Shown here: positions 28,897 through 39,900 of the stretch, one piece after another
Numbering within the stretch: the stretch's first letter is position 1
Layout: each line of letters starts with the position of its first letter
Origin: Dehalococcoidia bacterium
GTDB lineage: Bacteria > Chloroflexota > Dehalococcoidia > Plut-88900
Length of the DNA stretch: 64,000 bases
Reading direction: 5' to 3'
Assembly (NCBI GenBank): GCA_965197645.1
Contig: OZ240219.1
Location: 1-64,000 of the forward strand
Translations under genes and position numbers: made by a program
The notes under the pieces: model-generated
What the model was told of the DNA's origin: nothing
Databases searched by the model: none
What the model saw: the letters and a program-made list of their open reading frames with translations, nothing else

Positions 28897-31104
28897 TTAC
28901 TGCTGTTGTGCCCTGATCCTGAAGAAGAGGACACCACCTACGACTATGACTACCACGGCGATGATGATCACTATGACCAGCCATACCGGGAATCCGCCTC
29001 CTTCGTCAGGTGTGACCGGAATGACCGGCGTCGACGTTGGTGTAGCCGTCGGTTCATCCGTAGGGGCGACTGTCGATGTTGGTGTAGCGACCGGCCCAAG
29101 CGTAGCAGTCGGCGTCGTTGTTGGTGTGGGTGTCGTAGTTGGCATCGCTGTTGGTGTGGGTGTCGCAGTTGGCGTAGCGGTGGGTGTTGGCGTAGCAGTT
29201 GGCGTCACCACAGGTGTAGCAGTTGGAGTCGGGGTGACTTCCGGTGGACTGGGCAGGGCCTGTGAAGGCTCTCCTCCCAGGGTCACTCCCGTTCCAGCCG
29301 CGTCGGTATAGGTTGCAGTGGCCCGTAGCATCATGCCGAGGTCATCCTCTGACGGAGTGTACTCGGCGGACATTGCGCCGGGAATGTCAGCCCACGTAGT
29401 CCCATCGGAAGAGCGCTGCCACTGCCAGCTGACGTCGGTGACGCCTCCGTCCGGATCGGTCAGCGCGGCGGTGATAGTCGTCCCCACCTCCGGCACACCG
29501 CCCGGGGACAGCGTGATAACGCCGTCCTCGTCCACATTGGTAACATTGATAGTGAGCGCTATGGAGGAGCTTTCTCCGGCCTGACGGGTCGCCGCATTCA
29601 CTGTCACCGAGTAAGCCTTGTCGGGGGACTCATAGTCAAGTACCGTGCCCTGCCCTACGGAGATCTGTCCCGTCTGCGAGTCGACTTCGAACTGATCTGC
29701 ATCCTCTCCCGACATAGAGTAGGTGATCCCACGTCCGTGCCCATGTGTAGCAACTACGGGATCGCCTACGCTGCTACCCGCTGGGCTGTTCTCCGCCACT
29801 TCCCTGGTGGTGCTAATGCCTTCACCAAACGAGGGTGCGACAGATGCTTGAGTTGGTCCTGCTGGGGTCGTGCCGGTGCCACCAGTGCTCCCGGTACCAC
29901 TACCACCGGTAGGCGTGGTGCTCGTTGGCGCCCGGACCGTTACGGTAGAATCGCCTGCATCACCGGAGAAACTATGATCACCATCCCGCACGTTGAGGCC
30001 GACCATAACCTCGTACGTGAAGGACTCTACCGACACAATCGTGAAAGTAACATTTCTGCTGTCGGCCGGGTCGACTTTACCTCTAACAACCCCATTGGGA
30101 TCGCCACTGACTCTGGTCGCAGACCCTTCTTCATAGCTGAACCCATCGGGCAGTATTTCCATAACCCGCCCTATTTCACCTTGCTCGCCGTATCCTGTAC
30201 CCGTGATCGTTACCGTCAACGTCTTACCCTGGGCCACCAAGCCCATAGGCAACTCCCTGCTAGGACCGCCCGGCGACGGCACAGAACCCCCTACCGTTAC
30301 ACTGGAATCGTCCACATCACCGGAGAAACTATGATCACCATCCCGCACGTTGAGGCCGACCATAACCTCGTACGTGAAGGACTCTACCGACACAATCGTG
30401 AAAGTAACATTTCTGCTGTCGGCCGGGTCTACTTTACCTCTAACAACCCCATTGGGATCGCCACTGACTCTGGTCGCAGACCCTTCTTCATAGCTGAACC
30501 CATCGGGCAGTATTTCCATGAGCCGCCCTATTTCACCTTGCTCGCCGTATCCTGTACCCGTGATCGTTACCGTCAACTCAGTCCCGGCGGACACTGGCTC
30601 TGGGGAGAAGGACCTAGCGCCGCTGGCCGATTCAGGTGAGGGCATCGTAGGCGTCGGGGCGGGTGGCGCCGTATCGGACGGCCCTACCGTTACACTGGAA
30701 TCGTCCACATCACCGGAGAAAGTATGATCACCATCCCGCACGTTGAGGCCGACCATAACCTCGTACGTGAAGGACTCTACCGACACAATCGTGAAAGTGA
30801 CATTTCTGCTGTCGGCCGGGTCGACTTTACCTCTAACAACCCCATTGGGATCGCCACTGATTCTGGTCGCAGACCCCTCTTTATAGCTGAACCCATCGGG
30901 CAGTGTTTCCATGAGCCGCCCTATTTCACCTTGCTCGCCGTATCCTGTACCCGTGATCGTTACCGTCAACTCAGTCCCGGCGGACACTGGTTCTGGGGAG
31001 AAGGACCTAGTGGCGCTGGCCTCCTGCGCGACCACGAGACTCAAGCTCAACAGGGCCATCAGCCCTGCAACCATGACAAACAGCAACGACGTTCTCTTGA
31101 TCAA
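28897..31104 (-). CDS. Membrane-anchored surface protein: signal peptide, three cohesin-like repeats, cadherin-like and Ig-like domains, PT linker, C-terminal TM
   Basis: Three repeats of about 112 aa (TRSFSPEPV..ETLPDGFSY..FSGD); VAENSPAG..LDYE..NVDE cadherin signature; hydrophobic tail plus RIR. Confidence 0.85.
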   Translation of the reverse strand: MIKRTSLLFVMVAGLMALLSLSLVVAQEASATRSFSPEPVSAGTELTVTITGTGYGEQGEIGRLMETLPDGFSYKEGSATRISGDPNGVVRGKVDPADSRNVTFTIVSVESFTYEVMVGLNVRDGDHTFSGDVDDSSVTVGPSDTAPPAPTPTMPSPESASGARSFSPEPVSAGTELTVTITGTGYGEQGEIGRLMEILPDGFSYEEGSATRVSGDPNGVVRGKVDPADSRNVTFTIVSVESFTYEVMVGLNVRDGDHSFSGDVDDSSVTVGGSVPSPGGPSRELPMGLVAQGKTLTVTITGTGYGEQGEIGRVMEILPDGFSYEEGSATRVSGDPNGVVRGKVDPADSRNVTFTIVSVESFTYEVMVGLNVRDGDHSFSGDAGDSTVTVRAPTSTTPTGGSGTGSTGGTGTTPAGPTQASVAPSFGEGISTTREVAENSPAGSSVGDPVVATHGHGRGITYSMSGEDADQFEVDSQTGQISVGQGTVLDYESPDKAYSVTVNAATRQAGESSSIALTINVTNVDEDGVITLSPGGVPEVGTTITAALTDPDGGVTDVSWQWQRSSDGTTWADIPGAMSAEYTPSEDDLGMMLRATATYTDAAGTGVTLGGEPSQALPSPPEVTPTPTATPVVTPTATPTPTATPTATPTPTAMPTTTPTPTTTPTATLGPVATPTSTVAPTDEPTATPTSTPVIPVTPDEGGGFPVWLVIVIIIAVVVIVVGGVLFFRIRAQQQ
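29935..31020 (-). repeat. Three near-identical intragenic repeats of about 335 bp
   Basis: Copies at about 30682-31020, 30289-30627 and 29935-30262, with only scattered differences. Confidence 0.92.
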
Positions 31105-31125
31105 GCTTTTCCCCTTATTGATTTC

Positions 31126-31184
31126 GTCTGCTTGAATGGCTTTCGGAGGGGAGGTGCCCCCCCTCGTTAGCCATCCAAGCAGAC
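31126..31184. other. Long intergenic stem-loop without a U-tail
   Basis: GTCTGCTTGAATGGCT ... AGCCATCCAAGCAGAC. Confidence 0.7.
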
Positions 31185-31222
31185 ACGGAACCTTCCTTCA
31201 CCAACATCGCCAACCGATTGAC

Positions 31223-34200
31223 CTAAAACTGGTCAAAGTAGAGGTCAACAATGTCTAGGATCTGATCCCCGGTAAGTTTGGGAGGGACATCAAAGTAATC
31301 ATCTACGGCATCAAGGACCTCGTCACCGTCAATCTCCCCGTCTGCGGGGTTATTGTCGTAGCCGTGCGCCGCTTCACCCAAGCCACCGGCAGCCGTCACC
31401 GTTATGGTGACCCTCACACTGTCGGTCTCCGTCCCGTCGTTGGCGATAACGTCTACGACGTAGCTCGCCTTCGTGGCGGCGTCCGGGATTACGATCGCCG
31501 TCGACATCTGACCGGTGTTGTCTATGCTGAAGCTGTTCCTATCGACGCCGCCCAGCGTGTAGGTCAGCGTGTCGCCGGTGTCAGCATCCGTAGCCGTAAC
31601 CGGGCCTCTGATGTCCACACCCGCCGCCGTACCTTCCACCACTCTCCTCGTGTCTGTTGCCGCAGCGAACTCAGGCGCGTTGTTTCCTGGCTGCGGCGTG
31701 ACCGCGCCGCGACTTATAGACGGCGCAGACGGCGCCTCGTTCACGCCGATGACCGTGATGGTCACCCTGACGGGGCCAATCTCGACCTCCGCGTCCGGGT
31801 CCGTAACCTCAATGGTGTAGGTCTTCTTGGCGGACTCGGAGTCGAAGTGTGTCACCACCGCCGCCGCCAACTGGCCCATTTTGTCGTCGGCGTCTTCCGT
31901 CATTTCGTCCACTGTAGTAGTAACCGGGTCATCGGCGATACTGTCGGAATCGGTCATGACGGCGTCGTAGTAGTTGTCGTCCGCCTCGTCGTAGTTCTCA
32001 GCGAACACGAAGGAAGCTCCGTCCGGGCCGCCTATGGTATCGCGCGGGCCCAAGTCTAGCAGCGGCATTCCCACGTACCCGGTTGAGGGCGTATTCTCTG
32101 CAACCTCTATATCGACGATTATAACTTCCGTAGAAGGCAGGTCGGTACCGTCCGTTGGGTCGGGGTCCGCCTGCACCGCGTTGTCCGTTACCGTTGACAG
32201 CATCGTGTCGGAGTTATGGTGCAAGTCATCGCCCTCGTTCACGCTCCCGTCGTCATTTCGATCCTGGAACTTGTGCTGCTCGACCGGGGTGGGGGTGGTC
32301 TCTGGGTCATCGTTCCTTTCGTCGAGCGCGGTGACCGGGTCGTTCTCCACACTCGCGCCGTCCCGGTAGTCCACCATGGCCCACAGGAACTGGCCTACCT
32401 CGCCCGTATGGCTGTCTGTCGTGGCGCCCGGGACTAATTGGGTGGGATCTGCGAACGCGAGTTCTGCGGCTTCATCGGTGAGCCTATCGGGGGTCGCAAG
32501 CCATTTCCAATCGGTGATGCTCACTATGCCGTCGGGGTCGGTCAGGGTAGCCATTACCGGTGCCCCATCGTGAGGCTGCTCCGGCGAGAGCACCAGCTTC
32601 CCCGCCTCGTTCACGTTCATGACCGTTACTCTGACGCTCTTCTCACCGTCGAGGCCGTCGCCGTCGACGACCCTTACCGTGACCTCGTACACGTTGTCGC
32701 GGTTGGCGTCCATGGGGTTCTCGTAGTCCGGTGCATTTTTGAAGTGGAGTCTTCGTCCGATGCCGTCGCCGGGGGTGCTGTACTCGAAGAGAGCACCGTC
32801 GGGACCGGGGATGGGATTATCGGGCCACGACGCACGATCAACTACGTCATCCTCGGACCGGATGTAGAGGTTGCTGTCGTCATTGGTGCCGTCGTCATCG
32901 GTGGGGAGGCCCGTGTAAGAGTCGTCGTTACTGCTATCCGCCTCGTCGACTGATAGCTCTGCGTTTCCTGCCGTCACCCTCGGGGCCTCGTTTACGTCGG
33001 TGGCGGTGATGGTCACCACGATGTCGTCACGGTCCTCGTTGGCGTTCGTCGCTCCCTCTCCCGATGGATCGGTGGCCCTGACGACGACCACGTACTCTCC
33101 AGCAGTGAGATCAAGAGTAGGCGCGTTGACCGTGCCGTAATCTCGGCCATCCGTTTCTTCGGCGGACAGCGCTTTCGCCACCATGATCTGGCCGGTGGCC
33201 TTGTTGATGGAGAAGAATGCCACGTCTTCGATGTCAACGGAGGTGTTGCCATCGTCGCCGTCGACTTCCATCACCAACTCGTAGGTTAGTATGTCGGGGT
33301 CCTCATTCACGTCCACCACAACCGGAGCGCCCACGGGGTCACCCACGGCGGCGGACTCCAGCACCGATCTGGTGTCCATATTCTCTGTAAAGTCGGGGGA
33401 ATTGTTGGCCTCGTCGGACACGTCCGCTCGCACCCGGTTGGCCGATATTCCAATTGCGGTGTTGTCGCCGGTGCTTTGTGTGTCGTCGTAGTCTGCCATT
33501 CTTGCCAGCAGGTGCCAGCCCTCATCATCGTCTGCATCCGGGGTGTAGTCCTCGGAAGCAGCCCCGGTAATGAGTTCCCATTCTCCGGCAAGATCGGTCG
33601 TGTCAGTGCCAGGGTCACGGTTAGGATTGTTGACCTTGGCCCTATACCAGCTCCAGGTCCCGCCGGTAACATCGCCATCAAGGTCAGACAGTTCGGCGGT
33701 TATCTCGGTACCAACCTCGGGCTGCAGCCAGTTCAGCTCTACCTTCCCCTTTTCGTCCACATCGGTGACCTCTACAGTGACGGCCAATTCGTCCGCTTTG
33801 CGCGGGCCGTCGTGGACGGAACGCATCTCGGTGGCCCGCACCGTTATCTGGTAAGTGTTGTCGTTGGGTGCGAATTCGCCTTCATCGGTGAACTCCTCAG
33901 GGGCACCAGTGTCAGTGTCAGCAGGGTTCAGGTTGAGGCCCCGGTCCGTCGGGCTCTCGAAGTTCGGCTGGTTCTTGAACCGGAGCTCGACGCGGTCCTT
34001 GCCGTCATTGATGTCGGCGACGTCAACGATCATAAAGTCGGATGCGTCAGTCCCCGTGACTTCCCAGCGGATCCTGTGGCCGTCAGGCTCCCTCGCCGCC
34101 AATGGGACCACCATATTCGTCCGCGTTTCGGCGTACGTAATTGTGCCGCTAACGCTATCCCGTGACTGCCTGTCAAAGTACGGGGACTCGTTCAGGTTCG

Positions 34201-36646
34201 TGAGACTGATTGTCACCCTGGCGGTGGCTTTACGAGTGTCGTCAGCCGCGTCGGTAGCTGTAACTATGACGACGAAGGTATTGACGCCCTCGTCGTCCAG
34301 TGTTGGGTCGTCCTTGCCAGGAGCAGCCGCATCTGACGGAACAGCACTGACCCCGTCAGGAAGAGGATTGGGGAAGTCAACCTCACCCACCCTGATCTGG
34401 CCCGTCGCCTCGTCTATGGTGAAGTAGGCGTTATCGTTGGTCTCGGTGGCGTTCAGGTCATAGATGAAGGTCTTGCCTTCTTCTGTCATCACCCGGACGG
34501 GGGCGCCAACGATGCTCCCGACCTCGGCGTTCTCAACCACGCTCCTGTCGTAAGGCGCATCGGAGAACTCGAGGACGGAAATTTGACTGGGGTCGTCCGG
34601 GTCCACGCGCACTGCATTCTTCGAGATCGCCATCACCCGGTACAGATTGTCAACATTCGATTCTTTGGCCTCCGGGCTGCCGGCAACCTCCTTCTGGGTA
34701 CGTTCGTCGACCTCTACCGTGCTCGGATCGTCTTCGTCACTCATGGTGTCCGTGTAGGTCGCCGTCGCCCGCAGGAAGTAGCTGTCATCATCGTCCGTTG
34801 GCGTGTAGGTGGCCGTCGTGGCACCGAGTATAACTTCGAAGTTCGCCTCCAGACCGATGGATTTGGATTTATGCCACTGCCACGTGACAATGGCCACGCC
34901 TTCGTCCGGGTCCTCCACGGCGGCGGTTATCATGTTTCCAATAAGGGGCTGGTCCGGGTCATCTCCCGCCGCCGACAACGTTGCCTTCCCTGTCTCCTGG
35001 ATGTTGTCAACGAAAATAGTCAGGGGCCTCTCATCCGTACCACCTGCGCTGTCGGTGGCCACCAGCGTCACCTTGTAAACGCTGTCGTAGTTTTCATCCG
35101 TCGGATTCTCGTAGTCGGGCGCCTCTTTGAACCTGAGCGCGATGGGCTCACCAGGTCCCTTCAGGCCGCTAGCAATATCAACCGAGCTCGAGCTGAGCTC
35201 GAAGTCATCCTCGTCCTCCCCCTTCCACGACCAGAAGATCTGCCCGCGGGCATCTTCGTCACTCGCGGTGAAGACGTTCAAACGGCCGGGAACACTGGGC
35301 CTCTCCATGTCTGGTGTGCCGTCGTATGAATCGCCGGACTTCTCGTCGACGCGGAGCTCGGACGGCGCATCGGGGCGGTCTCCGAATACAGAGTTAGTGG
35401 AGGCGACGCTGCCCATTATCACAGGGGCGTCGTTTGCGGCGGTGGCGGTAATGGTCACTTCGACTTCAGCCGTTTCGCCGCTGGGGTCGGTGGCCCTGAC
35501 GATTACCTTGTACACTCCTGCGGCAGTGTCGGTTGCTCGGGCAGCGTCGGCGTCCAGCTTGGACTTCACGCTGATCTGGCCCGTCGCCTTGTCTATACTG
35601 AAGGAGTCATCGTCGGCGTCGTTGGGGCTCTCGGACGCCACCAACTCGTAGGTCAGCGTGTCGTTTTGCGGGTCCGTGGCCTCAACCGGGTCGCCCACGG
35701 GGTCATCCACGGCCGTGCTCTCCGGCACGCTCCTGGTGTAGTCCAACCCAGCGGTAAAGCCAGGGGAACCGTTGGCAGGATTTGTAACTCCATCCAAGTC
35801 GGAGGAAACCTCCGCCCGCACCGGATTGACCGATACCCCAATCGCGGTCTTTCCCACGCCATGGTCGTCGGCATAGGTCGCCACGGCCCTCAGAACCCTG
35901 GTTTCGTCTACTGCAGAGTCGGAATCAGGGGGGTCCGGACTCGTGATGTCGTCCACACGGTCCCCAGCCGGAGTATAGGTTGCATTGTCAATAAGCCCGG
36001 TAGCACTGACCCAATGGCCCTCAACGTCAGCGACAGGTTTCGTAACCTTGGACACGGACCACGTCCATGTAACGGTGCCGTCGACGCCGTCAGGGTCGCT
36101 CAGTTCGGCCGTTATCGGGGTACCAACCTCGGGCTGGAGCAGGTTGAACGTCACGCTACCAGTCTCATTCACGTTGGTGACCTGGACGGTAACATCCGTC
36201 TCGGTCGAGAGGGCGCGGCCGGTTTCGCCGGAGCCTCTCACCTCAGTGGCCCGCACCGTTATCTGGTACATGTTATTGGTGGCATCGTCCGTTTCGCCAT
36301 CGTCATCGGTATCGTCATCACCGTTGAGATCTTTGGCGTGCGCTCTGTCCGTCGGACTCTCGTAGTCGGGCGAGCTGAGGAAGGTGAGCACGCCGCCGTC
36401 TCTGCTGATCTCGAAGTCGTCGGCGTCGGTCCCTGTCACGTCCCATTTAATCCTCGCGCCCTCAGGGTCAGTCGAAGTGAAGGTACGCACCGGGCCGTCG
36501 CCTTTCTCAGCGTACTGTATTGGCCCTTCCTGCGCGAAGGCTACATCATTATGTGAAGGTACAGAAAGGGACAGTATCATAGTCGCCAGCAGGACACCGA
36601 CGACCACTACCACCCATACTGCTGCATTATGTGACCGATTTGGCAT
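31223..36646 (-). CDS. Giant acidic cadherin-repeat secreted protein with a C-terminal dockerin-like module
   Basis: Signal peptide after ATG 36646; repeated PDYESPTD/VRATD/TNVNE cadherin motifs; C-terminus YDNNPADGEIDGDEVLDAVDDYF..LTGDQILDIVDLYF. Confidence 0.85.
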   Translation of the reverse strand: MPNRSHNAAVWVVVVVGVLLATMILSLSVPSHNDVAFAQEGPIQYAEKGDGPVRTFTSTDPEGARIKWDVTGTDADDFEISRDGGVLTFLSSPDYESPTDRAHAKDLNGDDDTDDDGETDDATNNMYQITVRATEVRGSGETGRALSTETDVTVQVTNVNETGSVTFNLLQPEVGTPITAELSDPDGVDGTVTWTWSVSKVTKPVADVEGHWVSATGLIDNATYTPAGDRVDDITSPDPPDSDSAVDETRVLRAVATYADDHGVGKTAIGVSVNPVRAEVSSDLDGVTNPANGSPGFTAGLDYTRSVPESTAVDDPVGDPVEATDPQNDTLTYELVASESPNDADDDSFSIDKATGQISVKSKLDADAARATDTAAGVYKVIVRATDPSGETAEVEVTITATAANDAPVIMGSVASTNSVFGDRPDAPSELRVDEKSGDSYDGTPDMERPSVPGRLNVFTASDEDARGQIFWSWKGEDEDDFELSSSSVDIASGLKGPGEPIALRFKEAPDYENPTDENYDSVYKVTLVATDSAGGTDERPLTIFVDNIQETGKATLSAAGDDPDQPLIGNMITAAVEDPDEGVAIVTWQWHKSKSIGLEANFEVILGATTATYTPTDDDDSYFLRATATYTDTMSDEDDPSTVEVDERTQKEVAGSPEAKESNVDNLYRVMAISKNAVRVDPDDPSQISVLEFSDAPYDRSVVENAEVGSIVGAPVRVMTEEGKTFIYDLNATETNDNAYFTIDEATGQIRVGEVDFPNPLPDGVSAVPSDAAAPGKDDPTLDDEGVNTFVVIVTATDAADDTRKATARVTISLTNLNESPYFDRQSRDSVSGTITYAETRTNMVVPLAAREPDGHRIRWEVTGTDASDFMIVDVADINDGKDRVELRFKNQPNFESPTDRGLNLNPADTDTGAPEEFTDEGEFAPNDNTYQITVRATEMRSVHDGPRKADELAVTVEVTDVDEKGKVELNWLQPEVGTEITAELSDLDGDVTGGTWSWYRAKVNNPNRDPGTDTTDLAGEWELITGAASEDYTPDADDDEGWHLLARMADYDDTQSTGDNTAIGISANRVRADVSDEANNSPDFTENMDTRSVLESAAVGDPVGAPVVVDVNEDPDILTYELVMEVDGDDGNTSVDIEDVAFFSINKATGQIMVAKALSAEETDGRDYGTVNAPTLDLTAGEYVVVVRATDPSGEGATNANEDRDDIVVTITATDVNEAPRVTAGNAELSVDEADSSNDDSYTGLPTDDDGTNDDSNLYIRSEDDVVDRASWPDNPIPGPDGALFEYSTPGDGIGRRLHFKNAPDYENPMDANRDNVYEVTVRVVDGDGLDGEKSVRVTVMNVNEAGKLVLSPEQPHDGAPVMATLTDPDGIVSITDWKWLATPDRLTDEAAELAFADPTQLVPGATTDSHTGEVGQFLWAMVDYRDGASVENDPVTALDERNDDPETTPTPVEQHKFQDRNDDGSVNEGDDLHHNSDTMLSTVTDNAVQADPDPTDGTDLPSTEVIIVDIEVAENTPSTGYVGMPLLDLGPRDTIGGPDGASFVFAENYDEADDNYYDAVMTDSDSIADDPVTTTVDEMTEDADDKMGQLAAAVVTHFDSESAKKTYTIEVTDPDAEVEIGPVRVTITVIGVNEAPSAPSISRGAVTPQPGNNAPEFAAATDTRRVVEGTAAGVDIRGPVTATDADTGDTLTYTLGGVDRNSFSIDNTGQMSTAIVIPDAATKASYVVDVIANDGTETDSVRVTITVTAAGGLGEAAHGYDNNPADGEIDGDEVLDAVDDYFDVPPKLTGDQILDIVDLYFDQF

Positions 36647-36962
36647 GAAATTCCTCACTTCGCCCTTGTAGCTTGGCTCGATTCTCCAATTCCCGGCTTG
36701 TATAGTTCCGCAGCACTCTATCATTCAAGATAACGCCTGTCAACAGATTCCCGACGCCAATTCGTTGTGGTTGTGAACTCGTTCATTAAAGATACGAGAC
36801 AAGGAGGCTGCGCCGAGCCGACCGGCAAGCCCAGGAATGCATCCCCGCCGAAGGGTCTACTCAAGAAGCGGCGCCCAAGGAACCGTTACCGGCCCACATA
36901 CGTTTACTCTATTATCATTAACGGTGTGACCGAAGGAATCGTTAGCAAGGAGCCTGGGTACA

Positions 36963-39900
36963 ATGACGAAGCTCTTGGCATTGGCAACGGTGGCGATCAT
37001 CCTGGTGGTCCTGGCGAGCTGCGATAGGTCCAGCCCGACCACCGAGCCGGCTCGGCCCGACGAAACGCCGGTTTCCCAAACCTCTACACCCACGACAGCG
37101 CCGGTTACGACGGTGGAGGTGGTTCCGGGCCTTGCGCCGGACAGCTTCGTCGCCGTGGTTCCGAGCACCCTCCGAGCAGGCTACGCGGAGCGGGTCTCGA
37201 TCTCGCTGTTCAACGGGGACCGGCTGGTGGCGGGCAACGTGCTGCTGACCCTGAGCGACAGGGGGGGCACGGTGGGTACCGTCCTAGCCGCGAGGGTGGA
37301 AGGCACCGACAGCGTGGAGCTCCTGATACCGCAGCTGGAACCGGGCCGGTACAGGATCGAAGTTGAGGTGGAGGAGGTCGATGAGACCCGGAGCGCCCTC
37401 GTCGAGGTGGAGGATGGAGTGCTGCTGTTCGTCGAGACGGACAAGCCGATCTACAAGCCGGGCCAGACCGTCCATATCCGTCTGATGACGCTGGACGCTC
37501 TGCTCAAGCCGTGGCAGTTCGCCGCTACCATCGAGGTGCAGGACGCCAAGGGCATCAAGGTGTTCAAGAAGGAGGTGACTACAGACGAATACGGCATGGC
37601 AACAGTCGACCTGCCGCTGTCCACTGAGCCGAACCTGGGCGTCTGGAAACTCACGGCCCTTGCTGGGGCCCAGAAGACGCAGCTGGACGTGAGGGTGGAG
37701 GAGTACGTTCTGCCCAAGTACGAGGTTAACATCAACACCGACCGCGACTGGCTCCTCGCCGGCGATCCGGTCATCGGTACCGTATCGGGAGAGTACTCCT
37801 TCGGCAAACCGGTGGTGGGCGAGATGGAGATCGTAGCCTCGCGGTACGTCGGCCAGTGGGAGGAGTACGCTCGGTTCCAGGGCCCCATAGACGGCGAGAC
37901 GACGTTCAAGCTGCCGCCAGTGGGCTTCGTCGCCGGTGTTCCCCAGGCCGGCGGTCAGGGGAACCTCACGCTGGACGTGACCATCCGCGAGAAGGGCACC
38001 GGGTACGAGGAGAAGACCAGCAAGCTCATCACCGTAGCAGCCGCGCCGATAACGCTGAAAGTGATACCGGATAGCCTTGTATTCAAGCCTGGCCTGGAGA
38101 TGTCTTATTTGGTCGTCACCCAGGAACCCGACGGCTCACCAGCCGTCGATACCGTTGTGACCCTCACCCTCGCCTACTTGGACAGGGAGTTCGAGCAGAT
38201 TGACGAGGAGACGATCGAGGTTACGACGTCCAGAGGCAAGGCCATCGTGAAGGCTGCCCCGCCGTCGGAAGCCATAGGTCTGACCCTATGGGCGGAAGCC
38301 GGCGATGCGTACACCTCCCTGTCCCTGCAGTCAGGCCATTCGCCGTCGGGCAACTTCATCCACCTCGAGCAGGTGACCCAGGGCGACGTAAATGTCGGAG
38401 ATAGGGTGCGGTTCCGGGCCCACTCGACGCGCGAGGCGCGCAACTTCTACTACGAGGTGCTCTCCAGGGGCACCGTCATCTTCACCGACGTATCGTCGGG
38501 CCCGGATATCGAGTTCGTCTCCACCCAGCTGATGGCGCCGTCTTCCCGCATCCTGGTCTACCAGATCCTGCCCAACAACGAGATTGCCGCCGACTACCTT
38601 CCCTTCGACGTCCAGGCATCCTATCCCCACGACGTCCAGATCGGCTTCAGCGAGGAAGAGGTGAGACCGGGCACTGCAGTCGACATCAACCTCCAGACCC
38701 AGGGTGAGTCGCGGGTCGGTCTCGTAGCCGTGGACCGGTCGGTGTTCATCCTGGCTGAGAACCGGCTGAACCTGCAGCAGGTGTTCAACGAGTTGGAGAG
38801 GCTCTACCTGGAGCCACAAGTGGAGCTCCACGAGGCCCGGTTCACCGATGTCATCAACACCCGTGGGGCGGAGGAGACCTTCAGGGACGCCGGCGCCATC
38901 GTGTTGACGAACAAGGACGTCCCCTCGGGCGAGAGGATTGTGCGGGAGGTCTTGGAGATCATGGCTATGGAGGAGGTCATGGAGGAGGCTGCGGACTCGG
39001 TGTCCATCGCCTATAGTCTTGGAGTCGCCGACTTGAGCGCACACGAGGGGCTGGCCGAGGTGCAGCGGGTCCGCCAGTTCTTCCCCGAGACGTGGATATG
39101 GCAGGACGTCTACACCGGCGCCGACGGCGCCGCAGTCCTGCCCGTAGAAGCGCCTGACAGCATCACGACGTGGGTGCTCCGCGCCGTGGGTATGTCCAAA
39201 GAGCACGGCCTCGGCATAGGAGAGAGCGCCCTGCGGGTGTTCCAACCCTTCTTCCTGACGGTGGACCTGCCCTTCTCCGCGATTCGAGGCGAGGAGTTGC
39301 CCGTAAAGGTCGCCCTGTTCAACTATCTGGAGACGCCGCAGGAGATGTTCGTCAAGATCGAGGAGGCCGGCTGGTTCGACCTTCTCGACGACCCGTTGAA
39401 ATCGATCACCATAGACGCCAACGACATCGGCGGGGCCGAGTTCATGATTCGTCCCAGGGGTCTCGGCAGCAACTCAATCAAGATCACTGCGCGTAGCACC
39501 GAGGCCGCCGACGCCGTCATCAAGGAGCTTCTGGTGCAGCCCGAGGGAGTAGGCGTGGAGACCGTTGAAAATTACGTGGTCTCCGATGGCCATCACAGCG
39601 AGTTTGATACCTCACTGCCCTTCGACGCTGTCGAGGGGTCCGGCAGGGCCTACGTTGCGCTGACGGGCAGCTTCCTGACCCAGAGCATCGAGGGACTGGA
39701 CCAGCTTCTTAGGATGCCATTCGGGTGCGGGGAGCAGAACATGATCCTGTTCGCTCCCAACGTGTACATAGCGCGCTACCTGAAGGAAACGGGGCAACTG
39801 AAGCCCGAAATCATGGCCAAGGCCGAGCACCTGATGACCGTTGGATACCAGAGGGAGCTCACCTACCGGCGGAGCGACGGCAGCTTCTCCGCCTTCGGAG

